From the NCBI GenBank assembly GCA_964035545.1, contig OZ037767.1:1871680-1935679 (forward strand): a DNA stretch of 64,000 nucleotides, in the 5' to 3' direction. Both the position numbers and the translations under genes were made by a program. Below the pieces are notes generated by a model. That model was given only the letters and a program-made list of their open reading frames with translations, did no database searches and had not been told where the DNA came from. The stretch is from Bugula neritina (Eukaryota > Animalia > Bryozoa). This document shows positions 48,701 through 62,000 of the stretch, in pieces (within the stretch, counting starts at the first letter, position 1; each line of letters opens with the position of its first letter).

Positions 48701-51700
48701 TATATATTACTCATACATATACATTACTCATACATATACATTACTCATACATATATATTACTCATACATATATATTACTCATACATATACATTACTCATA
48801 CATATACATTACTCATACATATACATTACTCATACATATACATTACTCATACATGTATATTACTCATACATATATATTACTCATATGTATATATTACTCA
48901 TACGTATATATTACTCATACATATATATTACTCTTACATATATATTACTTATACATATATATTACTTAGACATATACATTACTCACACATATACATTACT
49001 CATACCCATACATATAATACAACCAACCTTGAGTGTGAGCCAGCACCAGGCTGTAACTCTCTCACTCAGCTCTGTGATATCCGACACGGGACCACCCAGA
49101 GCTCTCTCTATCAGTTCATTCACAGCAACCTCCATCTGCTCGAATGACGGCGAGACTTCTGTACAACATAAACAGCAAGTGGACTTGTGAAACTGCAAGG
49201 CATGAACATATGTGTGACAGCTACATTGAACAGGTTGCAGAATAATTGACACTAGGAACAGGTGAGTAACAAGGAGAACAGGTGAAATGGATGACAGATG
49301 ACTGCTATGGAGAACAGATGAGTTACATGGAGAACAGGTGAGTGACATGGAGAACAGGTGAGTAACAAGGAGAACAGGTGAAATGGATGACAGATGACTG
49401 CTATGGAGAACAGGTGAGTGACATGGAGAACAGGTGAGTGACATGGAGAACAGGTGAGTAACATGGAGAACAGGTGAGTGACATGGAGAACAGGTGAGTG
49501 ACATGGAGAACAGGTGATTAGCATAGAGAAAAATAAGGAATGGGCCATAAAAGTCATGAGACTGATGCCAGCAACAGCTGATAAATCTGACAGGGTAATT
49601 TTTCCAGAAAAAATTGAAAACTTACCTTTGTTGTCACAAGCGGCTGAAAGAATTTCTAGAACTAAAGTGGCTGATCTGTGACAGATGCTAATCAGCCTCT
49701 TTCCCAAGAGAGCCAGTTGTGTGTTATTCAGGGTGGACAAGTACGGAGTGTGTCGTAGAACCTGCCTCAAAGCTATCAAGTAGCCTACAGAGCATCTAAA
49801 CCGTTGAAATAAAACCACCGAACGAAACATAGTCAAATAATTTTAGAATACTTAAGTAGATACAAACCATGTACGTGTAGAGAAGTAAGTCTGAGTAGAT
49901 ACGCACCGTGTACATGTAAAGAAGTAAGTAAGTGAGTAAATACAAACCGTGTACGTGTAAGGAAGTAACTATGGATGTCCAATCTTTCTCAGCCAGACGT
50001 ATAACTTGTTCTATTTGACCAATCACATCCTCGTTAATAAACTCGCGAGGTTCTCTACAACAACCAATCAGATGTCATGAAAGAACTGATGGTCTGCAGC
50101 ATTGACTAAACTTTTGTTAAAAGTTATACCTCTTTATCCAGGAAGTGTACAGGAAAGCAAAATATTCATATATGAACAATAGTAGCTTAACTGTAAAATA
50201 AAACAATGCAAACTGTATATTTCTTCAAGATGTTTAGCCTACTAATTATCTTCACCCTGAAATACATTCTTTTAAAAACGTTTTAGGAAATTTAGAATAA
50301 CAAGTGGAGAAGCCTGATTAATAAATAAGCAGAAGGTGGGGGAAAACCCTTTTTTCACCATAAACCCCCGTACTAAAGTATTAGCTAAATGAATCTCAAG
50401 CTTCCTAACTACATCGCAAGAGGGCCTCAGGCTAGAATACTTCTAGAAACTTCTTTTCTCACAACACAACACTATGCAAACATAACAACAGTTGAAACTC
50501 ACTTCATAGCCTTAGATACAATGAGAGTATAAAGCTTAGCACCAGATTCTGCCTCTGATGCTTTAGCACTGGTGATATACTTGGTCCACAGGCTAAAATT
50601 GTCTAATATATAGCTGTTGTCATCGCCCCTAAAACATGATGTATTATAGTTACTGTTCAACAAAAAGACAGAATGGAATAGAAAGTAATTCCATAAAAAA
50701 AGATGAAATAAGAATTCAGCACCAAGACTAACCAAGTAGTTTGAAAACTTTCTGAAACATGCAGAGTGAGAAATTTTAGCCCAAGGTCTTGTATCTAGAA
50801 CAGAACAAAAATTAAGTTACTTGTGAGAGTGGCACTCAAGCTAGCCGTAATAAAAAGTTATGGAGTACAGCAGAGTTTATGAAAATATTGTTAAGGTTGT
50901 AACATTTATAGATTATATAACATAAAGAAATGTACATCAGAGTCATAAATAGCATAACATAATGAGTTCTATAAATGACACAATCTTACATATTATGTCA
51001 TTTAGATATTTTGGCTCCTGTAAATTTTATTACACTGTAGAGAACAATGCACTGCTTGGCTCTTCTGAGTGTTAGATTGTACAGCATACTGATCATATGA
51101 AATAATGTTTTAGACACGAAGTGAGAAGAATACCGAGACGTCAAGTTGCATATTCTGCATACAAACACTCAGTATACTCTAGAGATCATAGTATACGGCA
51201 GCTAATAATCCGACAGACAGGAAACTCACCTGAGACGAGGAGTCGAGTAAACAAACCTTCACCACACGAGACTTAAACTGAGTGAGAGAACAACTACAGT
51301 GACCTCTAGCACATCTCGGCTTCTCTTTGCATGTGACTGAACGCAGTAGAGATTGCTGGAATATATATATAGAGAGAATAAATAAATATGCAAAAAGAAT
51401 ATATAAATAAATATAGTAAAATTATAATAAAACAATATAATTATATAAATGAAAAAATATATAAAAAAGCATAAACAAACATATAGAGAAAAAATACGAA
51501 GAGAATAAATAAGTTTATAAAGAGAAAAAATAAATATATAAAGAGAATAAATAAATATATAAAGAGAGTAACCTTGATGTAACAGACATTGCCTAAAGGC
51601 TGTAAAATAAATTTAGAAAGAGCAAGCAATTCTAAAAGAGAGGAACAAAACAGATTACAACGCAACACCAAATCAAACTAACTTTGTCGGATAGACTCGG

Positions 51701-54700
51701 CTCCTGATACAACTTTGACAGCTTCTTTACGAAACTGATACACAAGTCCATCACCGTCTCCTTCCTCTGGTAGTTGGAACCTCGGACTAGGGACTCTCTT
51801 AGCAGCTGCCACAGCCACGACATGTGGTTGACGATGTACTCGATAGCGTTGGCATCCTATCAGAAGAATTTACAGACGTACATAGAACAAATTCAATAAC
51901 TCAACATTGGGAATAAAAATATTTGTGATATTCATTTTGCTAAAGTTTATAATTATTATTTACAGCAAAATTCATATTAATGTGTCATATTAATAAAAAG
52001 TACTTGAATACTGATATCCAGCACAGTTATTAGTTAAATTCATAAAAAAACAAAAGCGAGATATAAAAAAGCATAATTGTTAAATTTGTAACTGAAAACT
52101 TTTGAATTTCATACAACTAGAAAATAGCTTTTTTAACTTCCAAGCTTTAATGAATATACCTTGCTATTAGTTACAATGTGGCAAATTCTGTCTATATGTG
52201 AGTTTAAGGAGGCCTTGATACACCTCCTAAAGCAAGGGCAGTCAATGTTTAGATTATAGGCCAAGTATGTTTCTAGCAGATGAATTTCTTCTTCATTTAC
52301 GATGGCTAAAAATGAACCAAAATAGATCCTTCACTTTTACAATGCTGCGAGAGTGTAAACAAAACAATATCAGAAAAAAGTAAATCTAATTGTTTTCTAG
52401 AATTCACAAAAAAATAATAAAAATGCTAAAGTCAAAGCAAATGCAAAAATGTGAATTCACAATTAAATGTCAATATCAAGTTATAACAACAACACAAATA
52501 TTAGCATTGCATGCAAATTGACTCTATAGCTAATGTGAAAGCTGAGTAGACTGTTGATGAAACACACCGTAAGCAGTTTGCGGAGGTTTACAGATGACTT
52601 CAATGGCAGCTAATCTCACTTCATCGTTACCAGACACCAGAGAAGATTCCAGAAGAGTGACTGGGAGTTCCACCTGGATAGCCCTGTGTCTACAGGCAGC
52701 ATACACGTCCAGTACGCTCTGGCTGTACTCAGCTGAGTTCCTGAGCTCTAGCATCAGCACCTCACCAACTTTGGGCAGTTTGGTAAGGGTGGCCGGTAAC
52801 CAGTACTCTTTCACATTGTTTCTATGAGCAACAAACTCTATAAATTTGAATTGTAGACAAATTCTGAAGTATTTATTTCATTCACAGATCTATAGCAAAG
52901 TAGATTTTCATAATCACAATGTTATGTATACAGTATAATATAATATTCCCAGGTTATAATTATCATTATGATGGAATTATTATACTAATATAATTTACAC
53001 AAACCAATAACACAGAGTTGATTCTAGATACCATTGAGTGGTGCGTTGAAAGTTTTCAATACTTCCTTTTCTTAAGAATTTTACACAGAATATTATTAGA
53101 CAATATAATTTTTCTTAATACATTTGTGTGAGTATAATATAGACATACTGTTTGTTATATACAAATACTAAATAAAATAATTTCAATAAAAGACAGATTA
53201 TTAGATATAAATAAATTCTTTGTAATAGTCGATATAAGGTACAGTTGCTACTCTACTCATACAAGGTGAGAAAGAGGTGAGAAATATAAGATACAGTGGT
53301 TTTGCTACCCGTACAAAAAACAAGTGAGAAGTATAAAGTACAGTTGTACTCAGCGACTCAACTGATGTCTACCAACTAACCGAGCGAGTTTCACCTTGCT
53401 AGTGAGTGCTTCTATGAAAGCTCTCATCACAAGCTGTTGCCATAGCAACAGAGTTGTCTTCTCTATCAGAGCTGAGTAGACTTTAGCTGCAGCAGACACC
53501 ATGTGCTGAACTGACATGCAATGTGCCAGTTTGGTGATGAACTGAGGGCTTGTTGCTAGGAACTATAAACACATAATATAAACATGTAATAAACATATAA
53601 TATAAACATATAATAAACATATAATATAAACATGTAATATAAACATATTATAATATAAACAGGTGTACAACATGAATTTTAAAAAATGGCCAACGGATGT
53701 TTTTGTAGCTGTACACAAAATTATCAGTCTGCATTAAATAGAAAAGCATCTATGCTGTTTCAGCAACAAACTAGGTTTACTCTGACAGCAGAATTATTCA
53801 AAAGTAAAATGCTGTCAATTTGGAAAACCAAATTATTGCATACATAGTATTGCAATTTAGAGTTGTCTGCACAATTAGTCACGTATAAACAGCAACCTGC
53901 ATGACATTAAACAGTCAGAACAATATTAAAAGTTGCTTTGATAGCATATGAAAATTCACAACTTAAAATCTCAGACTTTCAAGCAACAAAAGCTGTAACA
54001 TTTCTTACATTTTCGAGGTTAATCCACGGTAGAAGTACAGCGAGGATCTTGAGATGAGATCTGACATGACAGCCTGTGACAGGTACTCTTTCTATCAGCT
54101 GCTGGTGAAGTGGCACACAGCCCTTGACATGCTTATGACACACTCGTAGCAGTACTTGTAGACAGGAAGATACCAGCTCACTGACACCTTTAACAGGTGA
54201 GTCTATTTTCAGCCAGAGCAGGTGCACTATGGACTGTGTAATATATGAAACTCATGGAAAATTTGACATCGGATGACAGGTCTTTGCATTTTTTTCTATC
54301 TTCATTTTGTTTTACCATAACTTGAAACTATCTTATATATGCACCACAAAATAAATTATCAATTAATATAGAAGTGCATTTTAGAAATGCATTATGTTTG
54401 GTTACAGAATATTTTTTTTATTGTCTTTTTACACTGTATATATTATATTTTTGTGGAGAAAAAAACACTATGCTGGTCATAATAAACAGATATGCATCTT
54501 TCTACTGATACAAAACATGTTGACGCAAGACACACACAATACTCTGTTATTATTAAAATCATGTATTGCAATCAATTAAATCATATTTTTGAACGCAAAT
54601 AGTGACTTCAAGAGAAATGAAATAAAATTGACAAACTAAAGTCGACACTCAACAGAAAGACAGAGACTGGGTACACGTTCTAGAACCTACCTTCTGCACT

Positions 54701-57005
54701 GAGTCTGTATCAGCATTCAGGAGGTCAACAAACAGGTGAGATTTGAGAAACTTTAGCAGACAAGAGAAAGAGTGGTAGGTGTTGAGATCATTGTGACACA
54801 TCTTAAGAATGTTGGACATCAGTGCAGGGGCTAAGCTATGCATTTCCTGTTCACCGAGTCCTGAATGTAAGGCAATAGCAAGAAAATTAGAGAAATCGTG
54901 GTTTAATGTTGAAGTTAATGGTAAACATCTGACCAATACCCTTCTAGTATCACATATGTCTCCAAAAGTATAGACTATCATCAAGTGATACTTCAATTTC
55001 ATACTGTAGGGTCACTATTTGCTTTTGCTTATTCCATAATATTACAATGTACTGAAAAATGCAATTCATATTATCCACTAATGTTCGGAATAAGCTTCAA
55101 AAATGACCAAAAGTGAAGGACATTTAACAGCAACAGAAATAAAATAAAATAACAGAAGTACGAACTTTATTGCGTCATTAATTTAAATTTCATTAGTTGT
55201 AGAAATATGTTCACTTTTGGAAGAGTCTAGAAAATGCAATACTGTACAAAGAGCGCGTGCACAAGCAACACCAACCTTTAGAAATACTCAGTATCCCAGA
55301 TATCATGGCAATATGGCCGAACCTCAATTCCACATCAGGAGGACATAACTTCTGGTACTCAACAAACAGGTCGGTCTTCCTCAGTATGATTATGTTGCAC
55401 AAAGCTGTACCTGCTAGCGCGCTAACCTCTATGTGCTCAGACTATAACATAGTTCAAACTAATCATTGCACCAGCTACAAACCTACTGGCAAGAAGAGGA
55501 ATGAGTAAACTTATACTTTTCTACAATAATTCAAGTGATAATTTATATGCCGAGAATAAAGCCGTGAACTGTGTGACTCACACACTCTGCAGAGGTAGGA
55601 AAGAGTATAGTCTGCAGTAAACTGGCGATTTCCGAAAGTCTTGACTCATCAAGATGTCTGCCAAACTGGCAGACGGATATCATCAACTAGAAAGACAATG
55701 TAATTCATTCACTAAATTGAGCAATAATTGACTTTAAACTTTTGATTCATATCCTCTAAACAAAAGCTTGTTGTTATTTAAATAGATATATGAATATGTG
55801 ACCTACTATGAGTGACCAATGAGTGACCTTCTCACACTGACTGTTGAGTTACGAAAATAAAAAATATAAAATCCTACACAATCACAACACCATAAAAATA
55901 AAGCAAGCACAACCACATAATATTCACTGATTACAACTAGCGCCATAAACCTAGCCAACACACACACCACCGCATCTGAAACAAACTGCAAAATCTTACA
56001 CGTAGCGCTCTTTGACTTCTTGTAAGACTTTCATCTATATTGTATCCAGAATTAGCAGAGCCAGCATTGTGTGGTAACACGCACTCTTCTATGTAACTGT
56101 GTAATACCATTCTTATTAACTCCAGCAAGAGGGGAACTTCATCACATGATTGAAGAACAGTAAAGTTTTCCCAAACAAATATCACTGTAAATAAACAAAT
56201 AATAGGATCTAGTCATGCGCAGTGAGTGAGTGAGTAAGTGAGTGAGTGAGTGAGTGAGTAAGTGAGTGAGTGAGTGAGTGAGTGAGTGAGTGAGTGAGTG
56301 AGTGAGTGAGTGAGTGAGTGAGTGAGTCAAACATTGAATATTGAAAATCAACAATCAAATATAAATTAGCTATTGAATTATAAAACATTCTAGACTATCT
56401 TTATACTAATCAGTACTGGGAAGATATAATAAAATAAACAAAATTATTTTTTAGAAATTAGAATTTAAAATACAACAACCAATCTATAAGAATAAACAAA
56501 TATACCATAGAAAGATAAAATGTAATGAATAAATTGGTAAGGAAGACTTACGTTTGTTAAGTACAGTAACACTTATACTTGAATTCACAGTTGGTACTAA
56601 TCTTGACACGCTACTTGCTAGGAGAGATTCATTTCCTTTACAGACCTCCAACAATCGCTGAATAAAAGTGAACAAGTTTACACATGTCTGTGGAAGTTGC
56701 CTTCTTCCTTAGACATGATCGTGACATTTAGAACATTAGATATCATGTAGAAGTTTCAACTCAATAAATGGCAAAATATTTGTTCCGCCAAAAATTAATG
56801 GGAACTTTCTTTTAATGGCACATTAAGTAACCATCAGTTTTCAAATCACAATTGAAAGGTTGAAATAAATCTCGAGCACAATAACCTTTATATGCTGGTT
56901 TCAGTCTACAGCTTTTGCTTTATAATAGACATATTATACCTTGCATATCTCCTTTAACCTGTCACCAGATTCAGAAAATAGTATGAACTCTTCTATAGGC
57001 TCCAT
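40693..57005 (-). CDS. THADA: THADA / Trm732 homolog (armadillo-like, DUF2428), many exons; 3' end uncertain (stop at 40693, or a short spliced exon near 40495-40519)
   Basis: Motifs in correct order: HG.LIALR, LTKCRHRGVIEG, VTRRSGGFP, QVHAFNILKAL...WALRNAATQLF, EFFSQYPLLYTYL, LYPLLSLISRL, FFQEELNIFYE. Candidate ATG at 57005 after an acceptor. Confidence 0.88.
42488..42818. repeat. (TAC)n/(CAC)n microsatellite filling a THADA intron
   Basis: Direct reading. Confidence 0.95.
43232..43332 (-). repeat. (GTGA)n microsatellite starting exactly at a THADA 5' splice site
   Basis: Minus strand reads attCAG|GTGAGTGAGTGTAAGTGAGTGAG... Confidence 0.92.
43991..44229 (-). mobile_element. Mutator-like MITE (9-bp TSD) nested in the hAT, copy B
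   Basis: Flanks ACCCAAAAT / ACCCACAAT (one mismatch). Right end is the reverse complement of the copy A left end. Confidence 0.7.
44475..44688 (+). mobile_element. Mutator-like MITE (9-bp TSD) nested in the hAT, copy A
   Basis: TSD GGAACAGGT both sides. Imperfect TIRs built from GGTAAAAATGGCACA repeats. G/T-rich core. Confidence 0.78.
47600..47938. repeat. 21 bp CAGTACAACACAATGTACTA(C/G) minisatellite abutting a THADA acceptor
   Basis: Direct reading; acceptor AG at ~47596-47597. Confidence 0.93.
48585..49018. repeat. ~19 bp ATTACTCATACATATAT minisatellite filling a THADA intron
   Basis: Direct reading. Confidence 0.93.
49255..49522. repeat. 20 bp ACATGGAGAACAGGTGAGTG minisatellite in a THADA intron
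   Basis: Direct reading. Confidence 0.92.
56221..56328. repeat. (GAGT)n = (CTCA)n on the THADA sense strand, ~35 nt upstream of an acceptor
   Basis: Direct reading. Confidence 0.93.
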
Positions 57006-57439
57006 GTTTCACACTTCCAACATAGTATAGCGCCTATAAAACAACCATAAAATTAAAGAATTACGTTCAAAATGAAATGCAAATTCATATATGCGTAGCA
57101 AAAAATTAAACTTTTGACTAATAAAGGAAATTTTTGTAGCTAAAACTAATACCCACATATTAAACTATACAAATATAACTATACTACTATTTTTATTGTA
57201 TCATCATTAGGCTATATTACCATATATGATATGATTACAATAATAAATATAAGTTACTGAGAAAGCACAACTCCCAAAATTTGTAACTATAACTATGCTC
57301 ATGCTAGACCCTAGTAGCAATAGTTACACTGAAGACTTGAGACATGCAGTTGCAGGTGACAGGGATGAACTATTGAAACTCAAACTTGAAACTAATCATA
57401 AATTTAAAATAAAATCTAAACAAATTATAATTTTAAAAC

Positions 57440-58260
57440 TTACAAGTACTAGTAGAACTAGAGTATAGAATTATAAGTAGATCAAGATGTAAATTGTAAT
57501 CCTAAGGCTAATGAACCAGAACTAACTCTAAGATTTATTAATATTTATAATCATAATGATTTATTGATTATTATAACCATTATGATAATTATAATAACAC
57601 TTGAACCAAGACTAATATAGTTATTATTACATATTTATTATACTAATAGTTATAGTATTACTAATACTAATAGTAATACAAATTGAAATAGTAATAGTTT
57701 TGCTTTTCTTTCAATTCTCATATGTGGCTATCTTAGCCTGAAATTTGCAAAAAGTTTGCGTGTACAATCGGGGAGAGAAATTGAATTAGTTTAATCAACA
57801 AAATTCAGCCCTGCTCCTACAGTATTATATTTGTAGACCCGGGTCTTTTTGAACTTGATAGTTCAGTGGTCAGAAGTTACAAAAAGCCTTCGACTTTTGC
57901 CAGTAGTAGAGTTATTCTTCCTTTGCAGCCAAATTCTAGCTTTTCTTTTAAAAAAGGAAACGCTTTTATTTTAAGAAAACTGAGCAACATTTTTATCTTA
58001 TACAAACTAATATTTTGTTTAATTTTATTATGCAAAAATTATTTTCGTGATAAATAAATTTAAAGCAATAGGTTTGCAAATGTACAGAATAATCAGCAAA
58101 GGAATAGCTTTGTCAGTGAACAAAACTAGAATGTTGACCCAGAGACAAGGTCATCAAGGCCAAACTTTACACACTCGCAAGTCGCAGGCAATCAATGGTC
58201 GCGAAAACAATTTAGTGAACTAAAACTTATTTCTGGGGTGACTATGACTTTCATATGTAA
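57440..58260. promoter_or_regulatory. Putative divergent promoter region between THADA and UBXN11
   Basis: Head-to-head ATGs ~2 kb apart, CpG patch tcgcaagtcgcagg...gtcgcgaaa at ~58175-58207, candidate UTR donor GTAAGC at ~58257. Confidence 0.4.
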
Positions 58261-59035
58261 GCTAAAAGTGTGTAACTTTTATATTATGTATGTGATTAAT
58301 CATTATCATTATATTAGAGCCTGATAGTAATGAATAATTTATGTGATCATTGCTATTATTATTAATATTATATCATAATCATAATGATAATGATAAATCA
58401 TAATGATAATCATAAAATGAAATCACAATAACCACCACAATCACAATGACAATAGTTATGAAAACATCAAGAGCAAAACTAATACTAGTAATTATTAGCC
58501 ATACTATTACTAATATCAGGTCTAATAATAATATTAATAATAATTCTAAATAGCTAACAAGTAATACTAATACTAATAGTAATAGGTTTGAATCAAATCC
58601 GTAAAATTTTATAAGTCTCTTGTCAATATTAAAACTAAATAATTAAATATGCTATTAGAACGATTGCTTTTAATTTTATTGTTAAGGTTCATCAGCTGTA
58701 TTATAATCTACTATAAGATCAAATAATAATTATAAGTATAAAAATAATTTAAGATATTATGATTATGCTTATGTACTTTGACTTCAATATAAAAAAGAAT
58801 ATAACAATAATAGGCATATCTTTATGCGACTTTCCTCACCAGTACAGTAATACTAAATTCTGGTTTTTGCTATTGTCGACTACCTTACAGAATAGACCTA
58901 GAGTCTAAAATATAATTATAAATATGTTTTGAAATCAATTTTTGCATTGGCTATTATTATATTTTACTTCAGGTTATTGATATGGCTCAGAGGGAACTTT
59001 ACCTGTAAACTGTCAGTACCATTGACTTTCCTATA

Positions 59036-62000
59036 ATGAGTTCACCAATATCTAGTTTGAAAAAGGGCAAGAAAGGCCCATTAAATTTACCAACAACAGT
59101 GTAAGTGATTTTATTGTGTTTTTTTGTGAATTTAGTATTAAATTCCCATTTGATTTATTAGACTAAAATCTTCATGAACTTGGTATGTGATTATTTTTAA
59201 GATTTCAACAGCTTTATATCGATAGTGAAATTAAAGCTTATGTACTTGTTGCGCTTCAGTGGAAGCAATGTACCTTATCGTCACCATGACGACCCACTGT
59301 TAGAGGAAGTGACATCACACCTCATCAATAAAAAGCAAGGCATGCTTTCCCAGCACAGTTATATATCTGATCCAAAGCCCGGTGCTCCTTCTGATATAGA
59401 TCTGATGCAAACCATGATGTCACGAATAGCTGTTTTAGAAAAACAAAATCAATTGCAAGCAAAGCAAATTCAGGACAAGGTATGTATATTGTACATGTAA
59501 TATGGTGTGTTATGATGTACATCTTTGTGTTATGTTTTACATTTGTAATACATTTGCTCTACTCTCGTGTTGTGATGTACAGGATAGAAGGATCAGTGTG
59601 CTGGATGATAAATGTCGCTTGTACCAGAAAGTTAACTTGGAAGAAGCTCATTCCCCGAGATATGTGACTGATCTAGAGTCGCGTTGTCTCTCTCTCCAAA
59701 AACAGATTTCAGAGATGGAGGTGCCAGATTCTTCTATTTCTATGCTGATTTTCATTGGAGCAGCCATTATCTTCGTGCTCATTTTTTCTTAGAAATTTAA
59801 ACAAATACTAGCAAAATGAGCATATTTTATAACCGCTTATTATTTTGAAATTAGCTTGTTTATTCAATCAATATAGAGTTGAATGTAGGTACTAAACTCA
59901 GCTCCAATCACTTTTAAAGAGTATAGAAATATATGAACAAATTAAAAACAGAATTGTGATACATGACAGGAGTTTCTGTTGGATTATGGAATGGTTTGGG
60001 TTGGCAATCAAGAAGATGACCTTGATGATTCTGATGACCTCATTACTATTACTAACACCGCAGGTCAGTATTTCCTGTCATTACTCACCACTTTGCCGGT
60101 CAACATGTGGTCAGAAGGAATTTAATCCTAAACTCTACAAAATGGCTCTAATGAGTATAACTCATTATCTGATTTATTATAATCTAAGGAGCTGATAGAC
60201 TGACCTGAGATTATCATAATTTTGAAACTTAAAAGCTACTTACAAACGTTAACATAAAATACTATGCATACATGTTCATGGTTTTTGGTTTGAATCCAAG
60301 AGTTATTTACTCTATGCCTTTGCAAGAAAATAAGAAATGTGTTATCCCAATCTTTAGAAAGAAGCTCAAACTACCTTATTTTAAAATATTTAATTTGTTT
60401 TTGAAAGAAATAAAAATTACAATTTATTGCTTTCAGTGGTTTCATTTTCACTTAATATCATGTAATACATTTTTTAACTTCTTTTCACTTGCTAATTGTG
60501 TAGTGAATTCTGAAATTTTCTTTTCAATCACCTGGAAAAGCTAGTTGTGTCCTAGGGAAAGACTGAAAGATTTGTTCAATTGGAAGCTGTAATTTTATGT
60601 TTAACTTTTTATATAACTAGTACTACGCTCTTTAGGTGAAATGTGGGACCCCAACAGTTCAAGAACTAACAGCAGAGCTCAGTCTAACAACTCCAACCCA
60701 CACAACATAGACTTTGACAAGATTCTGGAAAATATAAAGGAGCTAAATGTCTTGGCCGGTGAAGGAGAAACTCAAATTGAGAAAACGAAGTCTGGAGCCA
60801 GGTTTAAGGTTAGAGTCAAAGTTTTATAATAATGTATAAGTTGACTGTTTGCTGAGCTAAGGAGTTATCTTACCTTAGACAAAATTGGAGTTTTAATTGA
60901 TGTTTTCTTGCTCATAATTTCTTTACTGTTTCATTTTTCTTTGATACCTGTTGAACAGTTAGCACAATCTAAATATTTATATTGATTTGGGCCTAATATG
61001 TACATTTATAGATTTCTTAAAAGTTTGGTTTTCATTTTCATTTATGTATTTTTCTAAAGAAAATGCAATATTTAATATCTGTTTGTTATTATAACTGTAT
61101 GCATGAATGAATACACACTTACTCCTTCTCAATTAGTATTAATAAGCATTGATGCTTAGATTAGTGGTCTTATCATTACATATTTAGAATGTTTATTTTG
61201 CCATTTATGGTATTAAGCTATGTAAGAAACAGATTGAATGATGATGCAATAACAATGTGCTCTTGTGTTGCAGAGGCCTGATCCTGTTCAGCTGATACTC
61301 TACCAGAACGGTATTGTCATGTTTGATGGGCCATTTCGGTCGTATGAAGAGCAGAGTACAGCTGTGTGTATAGCCGACCTTGTAGATGGCTACTTCCCCA
61401 CAGAGCTACAAACTAGATACCCTGATGGTGTTCCATTCAAGGTATTGCTTTAAGCATCCGTGTCTGCCATCTTTCTTTCTGGTAAATAGTTTTGAACTTC
61501 TATATATTTCTTGTTCACATTTCGTAAAAGCATGTTGATAAATTTCATATTAGAGTGAAGTTAGATTTATTTTGGTGATATAGAGTCGGTATTCTGTAGA
61601 CACACCATGGTAACGTCCTAATATTAAAACTCTACAGGTTGTAGACAAAAGGTCAGTCATATTTGAGCAACAGAAACCAGCTAAAGTGTTCACTGGCCCA
61701 GGGCAATCTGTTGGGGGGGATTCCCAACCCTCTCGACTTATTCCATCTGTTCTAAATAAAAACACTCAAGCTACGGCAAACGTAGAGTCTTCAGTGCCAG
61801 GTAACGCAAGTTATTTTATATCATACAGTATATTGTATCATACAGTATATCATACAGTATATTATATCATACAGTATATCATACAGTATATTATACAGTA
61901 TATTATATCATACAGCATATTATATCATACATTATATTATATCATACAGTATATCATACAGTATATTATATCATACAGTATATAATATAGTATATTATAT

